This document shows positions 1 to 14,274 of a DNA stretch of 64,000 bases, piece by piece; the stretch's first letter is position 1; every line of letters begins with the position of its first letter. This DNA comes from the human T2T-CHM13v2.0 reference genome, Homo sapiens, in NCBI RefSeq assembly GCF_009914755.1, contig NC_060926.1; one strand, written 5' to 3'. The position numbers and the translations under genes were made by a program. Below the pieces are notes generated by a model. The model saw only the letters and a list, made by a program, of their open reading frames with translations, did not search any database and was not told the DNA's origin.

Positions 1-799
1 TCACTTTAGTTGTCACATATATATAAATGGACTTCAATGAACATTCTTTCAGAAACTATAGGGATTTCAAGTAGAGGACGTTCAGTACTATTTTATCATC
101 TTTACAAACATGCTAGCTAGTTAGGACAGTGTTTTTTTAACTTCATCTTATTGCACTATGCTGTCTGCTAGCTTCAGCTGTTAATATAAGCAGAATATTA
201 AACTAGAAAAATTGTGTTCTCTCAGTAAAAATAGGTGCTAAAATTAAAAACACAATATATTACACTTCTGTTTGTTTTGTCTTTTGGTTGGCCCTGATAT
301 TCTTGTGCATAGAATTGTTTAATATCTATGTCTGTGTGAGATATGTGTGTATGTGTGCATGCATGTATATACATACACACACATAGGCTGAACAATTTGA
401 ATGTCATACTTGCATATTTAGCCATAAGTCTCAAATTAATCCTTTTCTTGTTTCTATCTTAACCCATCACTGACTCTTTCGATTTAAAATGCTCCAGGAA
501 GGCCTGAATTAAATTGAAAGGAAATTTTTTAAAACTCATATCTGTTCCTGATATCAAGTTTTCTGTTCTAATACATCCTATCTGCCCTTCTCCTGCCTCA
601 AAATACTGTAAGAACAAGGTTGAACTGTAAGAAGTTAAACAGGATGTTATTTTCACCTACTTTGTCCAAATCTCAGAATCACAGACCTGAAAACGGCTTT
701 CCAATTATTTTATCAAAACCTAAGTTAAGATTTTACAAAGGCGGTTTCAAAAAAATCAAAAAACAAAAAACCTAGTTTAAGAAGATGGTAGTGTCCACT

Positions 800-1020
800 G
801 TTTCTGTCAGGTGCTTTACATTTGTTACCTCATTTAATCCTCACAGTTCATAGGAGTGTGTGTTATTCTCTATGTCACAGAGAAGAAAGCTAAAGCTGGA
901 AGAAATGAAGTAGCTTGTCTGTTACACAGCTGTGACATAGTGAGGTTACACAGTGGTGACATAGTGATGACTGCAGAATTCTAGGCCATATCTCCCTAAT
1001 TCCAAATACTGTGTTCTTTC
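800..1020 (-). mobile_element. MIR SINE relic
   Basis: Matches the reverse MIR core (ctcatttaatcctcaca...acagagaagaaagctaaagct). Contains a 24-bp tandem duplication at 921-968. Confidence 0.7.
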
Positions 1021-1118
1021 GGTGGTATCAGTATTGGTTGCTTTTCTGTAATATTTCTCAGTTATTTTGATTTTGATTTCACATTTATATGAGGAGTCAG
1101 AATTAAATTGCTTATTTT

Positions 1119-1121
1119 ACA

Positions 1122-1212
<91 letters not shown>
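1119..1212. repeat. Compound (CA)n(GA)n-T-(CA)n(GA)n microsatellite
   Basis: Directly visible. Confidence 0.98.
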
Positions 1213-1215
<3 letters not shown>

Positions 1216-2439
1216 AAATCGTTTGTATAGGGCATTTGTAGGAGCAGTAGAAGACTTAGGAAAGCAGAACATTGGCACTACCAGGAGCTCACAGTCTGTT
1301 CACTGGCAGATCAAATGTTTTGTGGGGAATTTTTTTTTAGCTCTTTGTTATGACCAAAAAAGTATACAAAAGAAACTATGAAAAGCATAATTTATTATAT
1401 GTTGTACAAGACCAGAACATTCTAACTCACCAAGAAAAGATAGATGAAAAAATTTAATCAGAACATATTGAATTGTCTGTAAAAATATATATAACTTATT
1501 CTGTAAGAAATCAGACTGTTGTCTTAGAATAAATTCCTCAGATATCCATGTAAGCTACATGAGGAAAATTAAATGTGCTTTATCTGCTTGTATTATGTTT
1601 TTCTTTATTGTTCCCAAGCCAAAGCCGGCTCCAACTACGTTGCTACTTACTGACTGATCCTTCTGTTATTTTGCTTTCCATCAAAGTCTTTTTTTCTCTT
1701 CAGGGTAGCATATACTCTAACACTGGGGTTGCATTTCTAACAGATCAAAATTAATCTGATTGAAAACATTGCAGCTTTGAAAATATTTTAATATTTACTG
1801 TAGTGTCTCCTGGGTAAATATTTCTGGGGCCATAGAAAAGTTAAGATAAAAGTAGTGGTATGAGATACTCTCTCCGAAGCTCATCACTGATAGAGGGAGA
1901 GCCAGGACTGTGGCCTTAGTTTAGGGAACCTTTCCAGGAAGCAACGCAACCTGTTGATGTTGCGATACATGCTACATGCTAAGTAGGCAAATTGGTGCAT
2001 ATGGTTTTGAAACAGCCTCAGAATTCAGTGAAGTGCCCTTTCTTTGTTCTAGACCAGAGATATACCCACCTTTTCCATCCCATCATAGATCCCCTGGATT
2101 TTTTCATACAGTTTCTAGCCATACAGTGCATAGAAAACTCAAATAAGATGGATGTGATTTTCTTAAAAAATTTCATTATATTTTAGTCAAAAATGAATCT
2201 CTGAAGTTTTATTTCAAATTAAATAAAGGTATCTGTGCCAGAGCTAGGAGAATAATTTAAAAATATTATATAATTCATATTATTAAAACTTGTTTTGGGC
2301 ATTATTCAGTAGTAAATTTAAATTCCTACTCCTTAGGAAATAATTTTTATAGCAAGTACCATGCTTGACCAAGGCAGTATGGCATATGTGTGCATGATGA
2401 GGCTGTGAGAATATGAGATTTTGCAGCATTAACCTGAGT

Positions 2440-2770
2440 ACCCTACTCTTCCCTTTCCCCTGACTAACTCTAATTTATTCTTCAATAAACAGCTTAGAAG
2501 TCATCCTTTCAGGAGATAATCTTTGATCTCTTCATTTAAGATTAGGTATATCTCCCCTGGGAACATCTGTAGTGCCCTGTGCTTGCTTCTGTCATGGTAC
2601 ATCTGTTTATTCTCTCCCCCTCACTGGACCATAAGACTGTTTGTTGTAAGCTGACTGTTTTTCATCTTGTATCCTTAGCAGCTAATCTTGTACCTGATAC
2701 TTGGTAGGTACTAACATCTTTGTTCATGAGATGCATACATGAAAAAAATGAACATGAATAGATTTACAGG
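2440..2770 (+). mobile_element. L2 LINE 3' relic
   Basis: Typical L2 3' motifs ending in an aatgaac/atgaat tail. Confidence 0.6.
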
Positions 2771-3630
2771 TATTTTGTGAAGCACAAATTCATAGAAGAT
2801 GGTGTTTGCAGAGGAAAAGGCCTGAATTTGTTACCCATGAAACACTAAACCAGTGTCTTTATTATGCTTATTTGTCCCAACCTGCAATATTATTTTTGTT
2901 CCTTTGGATCTTTAACCTATTGCATTAAACAAAAAATGATTGTCATTTAAGTTAAGTTTTACAACTTTGTCAGTAATGTTTTAACACCCAATCTTAACAG
3001 TTTAAAAAATGAGTGTTTAAAAATTTTCAGCATTCTCGATTTGCAGTTGTATTGTTAATTTTCTTCCCAAAGAATGTGGCCTTAGTTAGTGCATGCCAGT
3101 AGCAAATTAGATTTGCCTTATCATGAAAACTTGACTTTTGGGTGGACTCTTTGGAATATGTCTTTGTTTAGAGTTATGGGCTTTCTGATTTAAACCTAAA
3201 ATTGGGTGAATAATATTTTCAATTTTTGTGACACTTTCATGTTTACAAATTGCCTTCATTTGAGTATTACATTAAAAAGTAATACTCAAATAATAAGCTC
3301 ATGAGATATTTAATGCTTGTGAGTTAATATAATAGGATATTATAATATCCCATTTTTTGAATAAATAAATGAAGAATTATAGAGGTTAAATAACATCCTA
3401 AATTGTACAGCTAGTCTTGGAATTTTATCTGTGGGTAGATATTTACTGTTGAGCCCATTTCTTTCATAGTATTATTCAGATTTTTCTATTTCGTCTTGAG
3501 TCAGTTTCAGTAAGCTGTATTTTTCTAGGAATTTGTCCATTTCATCTATGTTTTCAAATATATTGGCATGAATTTCTTTTAATATTTTCTTATTATCTGT
3601 TTAATGTCTGCAGCATCTATAGTTATATAG

Positions 3631-3954
<324 letters not shown>

Positions 3955-6589
3955 TAGTTTCTCATGTTAGCAATTTGTATGTGCCTGCCTCGTTTCTTCC
4001 TTGTTCCTTACTGCTTTTTGTAAATCTCTCCAAAAGTTTGTCAGTTTTTTAAGACTTTTTTCAGGGCCCGCTTTTAGCTTTCTTGTCAGTTTCATTTTAT
4101 TTTTATTTTCTATATCATTAATTTATCTTATTTTGATTATGTCTTTTCCTTTGTTTCATTTTGTTTTTCTTATTAAACCTATTCTATTCAATTCTCCGAT
4201 TAGTAACTTTCATCCTTCTTTTCCATATGAAGCATTTACGGCTATAAAATTAAAATTCTCATCAAATATTGCTTTTGCTATATACAACAAAATTGTATTT
4301 AGATTTTTGTTTTCATTTTGAGATTTTTAGAAGTGTGCTGCTTATTTTGAAAACAATTGGATTATTTCTAGTTATATTTTTGTTAATAAATTCTAACTTA
4401 ATCTCATTATTATTAGAAAATATGGTTTATATGTCAATTATTTGAAAATTGTTCAGTTTTACTTTTTTGTCCTAGTACATAATCAAGTTCTGCATATGTT
4501 TCATTTTGGAAACATACTTAAAAATAATGTGTATTCTACAACTGTTGATGCAGTTTTATATATATGTCCTTTATATAAGGATAATTGTTGTTCAGATCTT
4601 CTGTATTATGGAATTGTCTTCTTTACCTTTCAATTACTGACCTACATTAAATATCTTCCATTTTGGGGTGTTCGTGTAGTTCTTGTTAAATTTTGCTTTA
4701 GGTATTTTGAAGTGATGTTATTATTTACATACAAGTAAATAAATGAAATCTTTTATCATTTTTAATGATACTCATATCTAGGAATGCCTTTTTCCTTAGA
4801 GTATATTTGCCTTAGACTAATAATAATATAGTTTTTGCTAATAGTTTTCATGAAAATCTTTTTCTACTTTATACTTTATGTTATGTAATTGTCTCTTGAA
4901 AAGAAAAACATATAACTAATTTTAAAAATCCAACCTGACAATTTTTATTTTTTGCTGTATCATGATACATTTATATTTATTGTATTTGCTGTTATATTTG
5001 AATTTATTTCCACCACTTTGTGTTTTTATTTTCCTATTATTTTTTACTTTTTTCTCCTTTATTGCCTTCTTTTTGTATTACTCAGTATTCTTATTATCAT
5101 TTGTTTTCCCTTCTACTAGTTTGGAATTCATGCAGTCTATTTGTAGGTGGTTACTCAAGAAATGGTATCATGTGTACTTTTCAATTTATGTGCATACTTT
5201 TACTATCTAACCAAACAAAACAAAGGCCTTAATGCAGAATATTTTTATTACATTTTTCCAATTTATAGATTTCTGTTTTATTCATTTAATTTTGTCATTT
5301 TAACAATGTAATAAATAATTATTGTTTTATAACATTTATATTCCTTAGGTTTACTCACATATTTATCATATTTTTTCTTGTCATTCCTTTGGCATTACAG
5401 ATCTTCTATCTGTTATTATTGTCCTTTTGCCTGGAAGGATATCAACTTATCCTACTTACTCTATCTGGTATTTTAGTTGTTTTAAGTGGTATTCATCCAA
5501 TAATATCCTGTGAGGATATTAGAGTAGTAAAACCTCTCAATCCTTATTTATCTCCAAATGACCTTATTTCACTGTGATTCTTAGAAGTTATTTTGAGGGG
5601 GCATAGAATTTTAGGCTGTGAATGAACTTCTTTTAGTGTGTTGAAGATATTATTTTAGTGTCTTCGGGCTTCTACTATTTCTTTTGAAAACTCATTAGTC
5701 TTTCAGTCCTTTGAATGTTTCCCTTTGAGATCTTTTACTTTTCCTTGATTTTCTGCAGTTTCACTATGGTGTGTACAGTGTGTATTCTTTTTTATTTATC
5801 CCAGTTGGGATTCATTGGGTTTCTTGACTGTTTGAATTGAGTTTTTTTTTATCAGATATGAAAATTATTTCTCCCAGTATAGCCTCTACCTTCTCTCTTT
5901 GCTAGCAATCCAACTTAGATATATTTTACATCTTGTCATGTTATTTTTCATGCCTCTTCCTCTCGAGACTATATTTGGTATAATTTTTTATTTCTCCTTT
6001 CCAGTTTTCTAATTCTCTTTTCAGCTATATTGAAGTTGCTGTTTAACTTATTCATTGACTTTTTTGCTTTAATTATCATGCTTTGCATTTTTAGAAATTT
6101 TTTTTTGAGTTCATGGTTATTTTTGCATTATTTCTTGAAATATATGAAACAGTTATATTGTATGTATAGTGTGTAGTAATTCTAATACCTCCATCTTCTT
6201 AGGATTGATTCTGTCACATATTTTTGTTTGTATGTTTTACATATAATGTCTTATTTTTAAATGAATTTAAATGATTTTTTATATCATGAACTACTCATTT
6301 TTTTAACTTTACATGTGAAGAGAATGTTTCTGTTTCTGTTAGATGCCTGAGAACAGTATTAGTACAATACTATTAATGTAGGATCACTTTAAATTGTTAG
6401 CTTGAGGTTTTGTGGATCAAATGAGTAGTGAGGATTCAAACTACAGACTTCAATGAAGGCTCTCTTGTGGTTACAAATTCTCAGAGAAGATTTATATTTC
6501 CTCTCCCCCGAGTTCCAAACTTCTGTACAGCCAATTTTCCTTGCATTTCCTTAGGGAAAAGGGTTGGGGGTGGGTGGGAAAGTGAGTAC

Positions 6590-6860
6590 TGTGTCATAGT
6601 GCTTTAAAAGCATAGTCTCTAGACACAGAGTATCAGAATTTGCATTTTGGATCTAATACAAATTAATACTAATCTAATACTAATTAATACTAATTTACCA
6701 TGAGCAAATTATTTAACCTTTCTGTGCTTCACTGTCTTGACCTCTAAGGTGAGGATTATAATGGTACCTTTTTTATAATTTTTGTGAAGATTAAACGAGT
6801 TGATATCTTTGACACACTGAAAATGCGGTAAGCTCTATAAATGTTTGCTACTGTTATTAT
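6590..6860 (+). mobile_element. MIR SINE relic
   Basis: gagcaaattatttaacctttctgtgcttcactgtc...gtgaagattaaacgag matches the MIR core. Confidence 0.75.
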
Positions 6861-7239
6861 GATCAATGTGGTGTGTCTAGTTTATGCTTACACTAAGTAG
6901 CCTTTTGTGGTCCCAGCATTATGGATGGTCGGCTATTGGGTTGTCCCACCTTCTGAAGCAAGAAAAAAAGAAAAAAAAAAAAAAGCTAACGCTCAAGTTC
7001 AGCTGATTCAGCAAATATTCTCAAGGTGAAAAACGATTTAAGTGCTTGCCGTACCACTTTCAGTACCAGTCTTAACTTAATCTTGTCCTCAGCATTTCTT
7101 TTTTTGCTAGCTCCTGGGTACATTTAAGAGTTTTTGTTTGTTTGTTTGTTTTACTCTATCTGGTATTTTAATTGTTTTAAGTGGTACTCATGTTACAGGA
7201 CATAGAAGTCTATCATACAGCTTGTAAATGCCAAAAGTA

Positions 7240-8280
7240 AGGCTAAAATCCCAACCGATTATGAACATGTGCTTCAAAAAATAGCTGGACAAAGAACATA
7301 TGTAGACACTTCCTAAAGAAGAAATGTTGCATGGGCATTACATTTGCAAAGTCACTGGTAATACCAAAACAATACCATTTTCTTATCAAATTAGGGAAAA
7401 AAGGATGGAAGGGATGGAGGGAGGGAAACAGAATTTGAAACCCATTATTGAACATTCAAGAATTCAAATGCCTTCGTATCTTTTACTAACAAGAATGCTA
7501 ATTGCAATAGCTCCTATGCAAAGCAGTTTGGCAATGTATGTCCAAATTGTTAACATACTTATATTTGGCCAGGTGTGGTGACTCATGCCTATAATCTCAG
7601 CACTTTGGGAGGCTGAGGTGGGAGGATCACTTGAGGCCAGGAGGTGGAGGCTGCCGTGAGCCATGTTTGCACCGCTGTACCCTAGCCTGGGCAACAGAGT
7701 GAGACTCTGTCTCAAAGAGAAAAAAAATTATATTTGTGACATAGATTTCAAATCTAAGAATTTATAAAAATAGATAATGTGCAAAGCTTTAGCAACAATA
7801 TGGTCATTGCATCACTTTATAGAAAATTAGAATTTTGGAAACATAATTATTTCATCATAAGAGAATGGGTTGATTTGACTATTAAATAGCCATGATATAT
7901 AGCAATTTTAAAAGATGTCTTTGAAGGATAGGTATGCCATGGAAGAAAGTGCATGATAATTTGTCTACTAGAAAAAGAGATGATTGCAAATGAAAATATA
8001 CAAATGATCAAAAATTTTTTAAAAGCCACGATTATATATAACCATAATTAAAGAGTTAAAAGTATCCAAGCTCATCAAATTGTGTACATTTAAAATATGC
8101 AGTTTTGTGTATATCAGTTATAACTCAATAAAGCTGTAGGTTTTTGTTTAAATGGTTACAAGTAACACCTCTTGGGAAAGTGGCTTGGGATGATTTTCAA
8201 AACATTCTCATTTTGCTTATTTGTATTTTCTACAATGATCTGAACATTATTAAAAATAGATAACATACCATTTAATAAAT
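7240..8280 (+). mobile_element. L1ME-type 3' end relic
   Basis: gcagtttggcaatgtat and tcatcaaattgtgtacattt...ctcaataaagctg are L1M 3'-end motifs. Confidence 0.55.
7567..7727 (+). mobile_element. Alu monomer (FRAM/FAM-like)
   Basis: Single arm of about 150 bp carrying the right-arm insertion, with an A tail. TSD ttatatttg. Confidence 0.9.
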
Positions 8281-8519
8281 TCCTCAATAAGTTATATGGT
8301 TAAAATTATTTTGTATCTATATTTTATAATCTGCCACTTTCTTGGCATGTTCTAAGTACTTTTCCATGTTTCTTCATGGTTTTGGAATTATCCCCCGATG
8401 ACCACATCATATTCTATTTCTTAAAGTACTAAAGTTAATATATTTTCACCATTGGTGTAAATATTTACTTTGTTGTCATTTACTATGAATAGCATATCAA
8501 TTAAAATAATTCTGAAGAT

Positions 8520-8710
8520 AATAGTAACAGTTACAATTTACTAAGTGCCTTTTTGTTGCTCCACAAAAGTTATCACATTTAATTCTTGGAATAATTCTAT
8601 GAGTTAGATATTATTAGCCTCTTATTAAAAATGGTGACACTGAGATTCAAAGATGCAAGTGATTGATTAGAGCTAGTGAGACGTTGAGCCAGAATTCAGT
8701 CTAGGTTTGT
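8520..8710 (-). mobile_element. MIR SINE relic
   Basis: tcacatttaattctt...gacactgagattcaaaga matches the reverse MIR core. Confidence 0.65.
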
Positions 8711-9499
8711 CTTATTGTTTCTTGATTTGTCTAAATCTTTTCTGGTAGTATTTCTAAAACTGTTTTGTGATTGTTGACAGGAAATGTGGTCAGGAATGAA
8801 AGTTAGTTTGCATTAATTCTCTTTTCAGGTTCTTATCTGTATTTCCAAATGTTTAAGACTTGTCTTTTCCTTTAGAGTATTGTTATTAAGACTGATACCT
8901 TTCAGATTCTCATCTTGTGCATCAGAGCTCCCCTGTTGAATCTCTAGAAGCTTTTAAGATCTTTTTCCTTAGTGTTGTATTCTTTCTTAATGATACACCT
9001 TCTTTTTTCTATTTTCATCCTTTGGCCTGGAAATTAAGTAAACTTCTTCCATTTGGGAATTGTTCCTGTTTGTTTTTTTTTAATATACTTTCTTGTCTTC
9101 TCATTTTGTTTGTGGTGTTGTTGCTGCAGGATCGTTTTTTAGCTCTCATCTTATTTGGATGCTGGTCCTCTCAGGCTGGTCCTCTAATTGTCTTACCTTT
9201 TTCTTTTTTTTCCTATGGTTGATTTCTCTATTGTTTTAGTTCTACCCTGTAAGAGACTTCTTTAGCTTTGTCTTCTAACCCTCTTTTTATAAATTTATGC
9301 TATTTTTATCATTTCTCATGAATCTTTCTTGTTCTCTGAGTTTCATTTCTATAGCTTCTGATTCTTGTTTCCTGGATACAACAGTTTCTTATTTCTATGA
9401 GGTTTTTATTTTAAAATTTTTTTGAAGTTTCTTCTGTTCTCCAAATTTAATCGGGGGATATTTTGGCTTCTGTTTTCAATTAGTTCATTATTTTTTAAT

Positions 9500-10630
9500 G
9501 TAAGGACATGCTCAAAAACTGAGGAGACATGTCCAAAGGACACAGAAGCTAGTTTAAAGGGGATTCCCTCTGGAATATACTTACTAATTAAAAAGGAAAA
9601 GGTACCTTTAAAATAGAGAAATCTGGCAGATATTGTCTTAGCCAGAAGACTAAATTTCACAGCACCAATAAAGCACAGCCTGATATCCTGTGCCTTCAAC
9701 TGTGGTAAACTCCAGAAGGAAAAGATGCCACTTTTGTTTCTGCCAATAATGTTTAGCCTAAGTCTAACCACGGGGAATTTACCAGACACATTCAAACTGA
9801 GGAACAGTCTGCAAAACTACTGACCTGCACTCTTCCAAAATGTTAGTGATGTGAAAAACCAAACAAGATTGTAGAATTGCTGTAGGTGAAAGGAGAATGA
9901 GAGTGAATTATCCTAAATTGAAAGGAAAAAAAAGCAAAAACAACAAAAGGTTGTCTAGGACACTTTGCAGGCAAATGGAAAAATGCAAATATAGATTATA
10001 GATTATATCACATTAAACATAAATGTTAAATGTCCTGAATTTATCATTATATTATCACTATTATATGTGAGAATATCATTGTTCTTAGGAGATATCTACT
10101 GAAGTATATATTTTCACAGTGTGTGCAACTAATTATCAAATGGTTCAGCAAAAATTATAGTATATATACAGATACACAGAGGTCCCACTTTGTCTGTGGG
10201 GGTAAGTTCCAAGGTCCCAGTGGATGCCTGAAACCACTGATAGTTCCAAACCCTATATATACTATGTTTTTTTCTATATGTACATACCTATAAGTTTAAT
10301 TTATAAATTAGAGACACAGATTAACACAAATAATTAACAGTAAAATAGAACAATTATAACAATATGCTGTTATAAAAGTTATATGAATGTGGTCTATCTC
10401 TCTCAAAATATTTTATTGAACCATACTCACCTATTTTTGGGCTGCAGTTGACTGCAGGAAACTGAAACCATGGAAAAGGAGCAACAACTGTACATATACA
10501 CAAACACATACCCAGAAATAAGGGAAGGCAAATGTGACTAGAGCCTAGAAATTGCTTAAACGAGATGAAAAGTAAATGTTCTGTGGGAATACTGTTATTG
10601 GAACTTTTCTTAGGTTTGAAATTTTTCAAA
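9500..10630 (+). mobile_element. L1MC-type 3' UTR relic interrupted by MER44
   Basis: atgtccaaaggacacagaagctagtttaaagggg and ttgttcttaggagata...actgaagtat are L1MC4/5-like motifs. Confidence 0.65.
10177..10490 (+). mobile_element. MER44A-like (TcMar-Tigger) DNA transposon relic
   Basis: cccagtggatgcctgaaacc...aaccctatatatactatg...aagtttaatttataaattag. Ends CAG...CTG, followed by TA. Confidence 0.85.
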
Positions 10631-11293
10631 GAATTTATAGTTCTCCTAGCCTATATAAGAAATTATGTGAATATGTGTTTGTGTACGCACACATGCATTT
10701 TTGAGAACATTTAGGGTATTTACTAATATCCTATTTCCCAAGGAATCTCCTCAGCATATGTACATTTTATTAGTAGTTCTGCTCTGTCATAAATATCCTA
10801 AACTAAAATGTTCTGTTCTTCTCTATAAAATTATACCATTTATAAGGTTTCTTGAAATGTTTTCCTAAAATGGCCTAACAAACCTTTGTACCAAATACTT
10901 TATACTTGGTGCAAAACGAACGTCTTTATGAATTTTTAACACTTTGCAAAGTAACATAAGCATGAGGAATTATCACATGAGCCTCTTTGCAGTTCATGGT
11001 TTACAGTACTTAATACAAATAGTCTTAGGTGCTATTTCTTCTCCCAACAAATTTAGTTTTAAATGCTTATTGTTGAATCATTATTTCATTTGTTACCCAA
11101 TTATACTTACATTTTATTTAAATCTAATTCCCACCATATTCTGTTAATGGCTTGTCCATCTCATTTGGTCTACTATGGTGCTGAAATTGGAAAAAAAAAA
11201 ATTCAATCTGGACTCAGAAATCCCAGGAGTCCTGTTCTGGCACTTACTACTTCTAAAACTCAGGCACCTGTTTGATCATCTAAAAATCTCATT

Positions 11294-11450
11294 GGCCAGG
11301 CATGGTGGCTCATGCCCGTAATCCCAGTACTTTGAAAAGCTGAAGAAGGAGGATTGCGTGAAGCCAGGGGTTTGAGTTTGAGTTCGAGACCAACTTGGGC
11401 AACAAAGTAAGACCCTGTCTCTTAAATAAATAAATCAATGAATAAATAAA
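11294..11450 (+). mobile_element. FLAM (free left Alu monomer)
   Basis: Left-arm-only Alu with a (TAAA)n tail. TSD atctcatt. Confidence 0.9.
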
Positions 11451-12616
11451 TATCTCATTAGACCAGTTACACAGATAGCAATCACCAGTATTACTTCTAC
11501 TTTAGCGTACAGTGAGTCAGCCATGCCCCTCATTATTATGTGGCTTCTACAGCTATTCACTGACAAGCTATGGCTAAAAGCTTGCTGCTTTTATCACACA
11601 AACTCCTAATACTTGAGGTGCAGTTGGGGTTATAAATAGGTGGTATGACCTGCAGTTTCTTCTTACCCTTTGTAATAATTCATTCTATGATCTAGTGATC
11701 AATGCTTCCTTTTTGTTCATAAAGTTAAACTTTTGTGTAACATTAGGTGCATTGTGTTTCATCTCCTGGGAATATTACCTTGTCAAAAACTTTTTTTTTA
11801 ACAGTACTTACTCTCTAACTTATACTATTGATATTTTTGGCATTTACTGTTAACAGATTCCAATCTTGCTCACTAAAATGTTGTTGACATCCCCAGTTTT
11901 GTTGGAGGACTAGAAGATAGAGGAGCTTAAAATAACATGTGTAGAGAAATGATTTCATTGCTTCTTCTGTTCCAGAGGAATGTGAGTAGTCTCAATATAC
12001 CTTAGTCTGTTATAAACAGCTAATTTTCAGTATGAAAGCAGTTGTTAGGAAAAGTTAATCAGTAGGACAGAATGCTGAAACTGGAAAATGATGTGCCCAT
12101 CACTTTGCCTTTCAACTCCATTTTTTTTCCTCTTTGTAAATAATCTGAATTATGTCTACTAAGTGGTTAACATAACACACAAGTTTGATTCTTTTATATT
12201 TTTAAACTAATTTTCTGTTACAAAGTAATATCTTTTTTAGAAAACATAGAAGAAAAAGAGGAAATAAAAATCACATGCAGAGATAATCATTTTAGCCCTC
12301 ATTCTTCCAGATTTTTGAGGGATTTTTATTTTTTTAATTAGTTTATGTTATATTGTTACCTGATTCTTTTCATCAACAGTATATTGTGAACATCTTTCTA
12401 GGTCATTTAATTTTCTTTTGCACTGTTATTGGCTGTATAATATTGTATATTTGGCTGTATAATATTGTGTAGTTTTTCCATGATTATTTAAACAGCTTCC
12501 CATTATTGGTTCAAATATTTTATATACTAGTGCTCTGATTACATTGATGAAATAAATCTTTGGACACAATTTCTTTTGAATAAAAAATACAGTTGCTAGG
12601 TAAAGAGTATTCCCAT

Positions 12617-12933
<317 letters not shown>

Positions 12934-13249
12934 TCATCCATATTGCTGAACTACTTTCTCTTAAGGACTCTATACCAAAATGGTTTAATTTAATTGTTAG
13001 AGAAAACCAGTAAGGGGTGTGGCTGGTTTAAATACTGTCTGAGAATTCCACATAACCTCTCAGCATGCTGAAAAATTGTTGGTTAAAGGTCTGGACGTGA
13101 GAATAAGTTACTTACTGTGTGCTGTCATTAGAAATAACATATTAGGAATTACCAGTATAAACTGAAAGGAATACTTATGTAACAGCACAGGATATTTTAC
13201 CAATATATAAAAGCTATGAGCTATAAGATAGGTTTGATTAATGTAGTTT

Positions 13250-14260
13250 CCCCTTCTTTTTTCTTAAATTGGAAATGTCTTTATTGCTGATTCTAATAAC
13301 GAAAATAATGTGTACATTGAAAAAAAAAGTCTACTAGTATACAGAGAATAAAAATTCCTACCTGTAACAGTACTCCTTATAGATAACTACTGAAGTTTGT
13401 GTGTATGTATATATGTATATGCATATATATAAAGTATCTGCATATACATACATATATACAATTATGTATATTTAATTTTTTAAATTTATGAAAGTGGGAT
13501 CATACTCTAATCGTTCTGTACAAGTTGCTTTTTAAATATCTATCAATATACTGGTAACATCTTGTCAGATTACTACATATAGATTTATTTCCTATAGATA
13601 ATCATTTAGATCATTTTTCTTTTTTCTTTGTTACAAATAATGGGTGTATTGATTATCATATACAGACATCTGTGTGCTTTATTATTATTTTCACAAAATA
13701 AATATTTCTGCAATAGTGGAATTGTTATTGGTGAGCAGTGATAAGACTCTGAGCTCTGCTAAGAGAGCTTGCATCCCAGCCTTCGCCACTGACATGCTGT
13801 GTAATTTCGACAAGCTAATTAACCTCATTATAAAATTGATATGATTCTTGAAGCCACTTTACAGAATCGTTGAGAATTCTGCATTCTCTATTAACAAGAA
13901 AATGCATGTAAGGTATTTAGTATGGGTACCTGGCACAGAAGAAGTACTAAAATATTCCCTATTGTTAGGAATTTCCTCCTTTAGCGAATTTTCTATTTTT
14001 TCTTTCATTTTTCTTTTGGATAGTTTATGTTTTTTATTGATTATAGGAGAATTTTGCATACTAAGAATAGTTACTATTTTGTGAGCTATACATATTTTTC
14101 CTAATTTATCATATCTTTTGCTGCATTTACATTTTATATTTTCATTTACTCAAATGTGTCAGTCTTCTATGGTTTTTTGCCTTTGTGTCATGTTAACAAA
14201 GAACATCTCTACTGCAGTATTATAAAATATCTTTCTGTATTCTGTTCCAGAGATCTTATC
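13250..14260 (-). mobile_element. L1ME 3' relic with an embedded MIR (about 13730-13960)
   Basis: aaagtgggatcatact and caatagtggaattg are reverse L1ME motifs. The MIR core is recognisable. Confidence 0.55.
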
Positions 14261-14274
14261 ATTTTTATTTTTTA

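Noticed and set aside
1-780. Possible 3'UTR or miRNA (tattgcact resembles the miR-25/92 family 5' end)
   Set aside because: The rest of the sequence does not match a mature miRNA I know, there is no convincing pre-miRNA hairpin, and no upstream coding exon is in view.
1067-1381. 104-aa ORF with HT/RE repeats
   Set aside because: It is a translation of the CA/GA microsatellite with a TTG start.
4001-5232. Hydrophobic F/L/I-rich ORFs resembling membrane peptides
   Set aside because: They result from the T-richness of an antisense ancient L1.
9406-9795. 129-aa minus-strand ORF
   Set aside because: It is antisense to an L1MC 3'UTR relic and has no recognisable domain.
12429-12468. Short tandem duplications (also 921-968, 21640-21676, 39768-39786)
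   Set aside because: Ordinary two-copy slippage microduplications. No regularly spaced repeat-spacer (CRISPR-like) array exists in the window.
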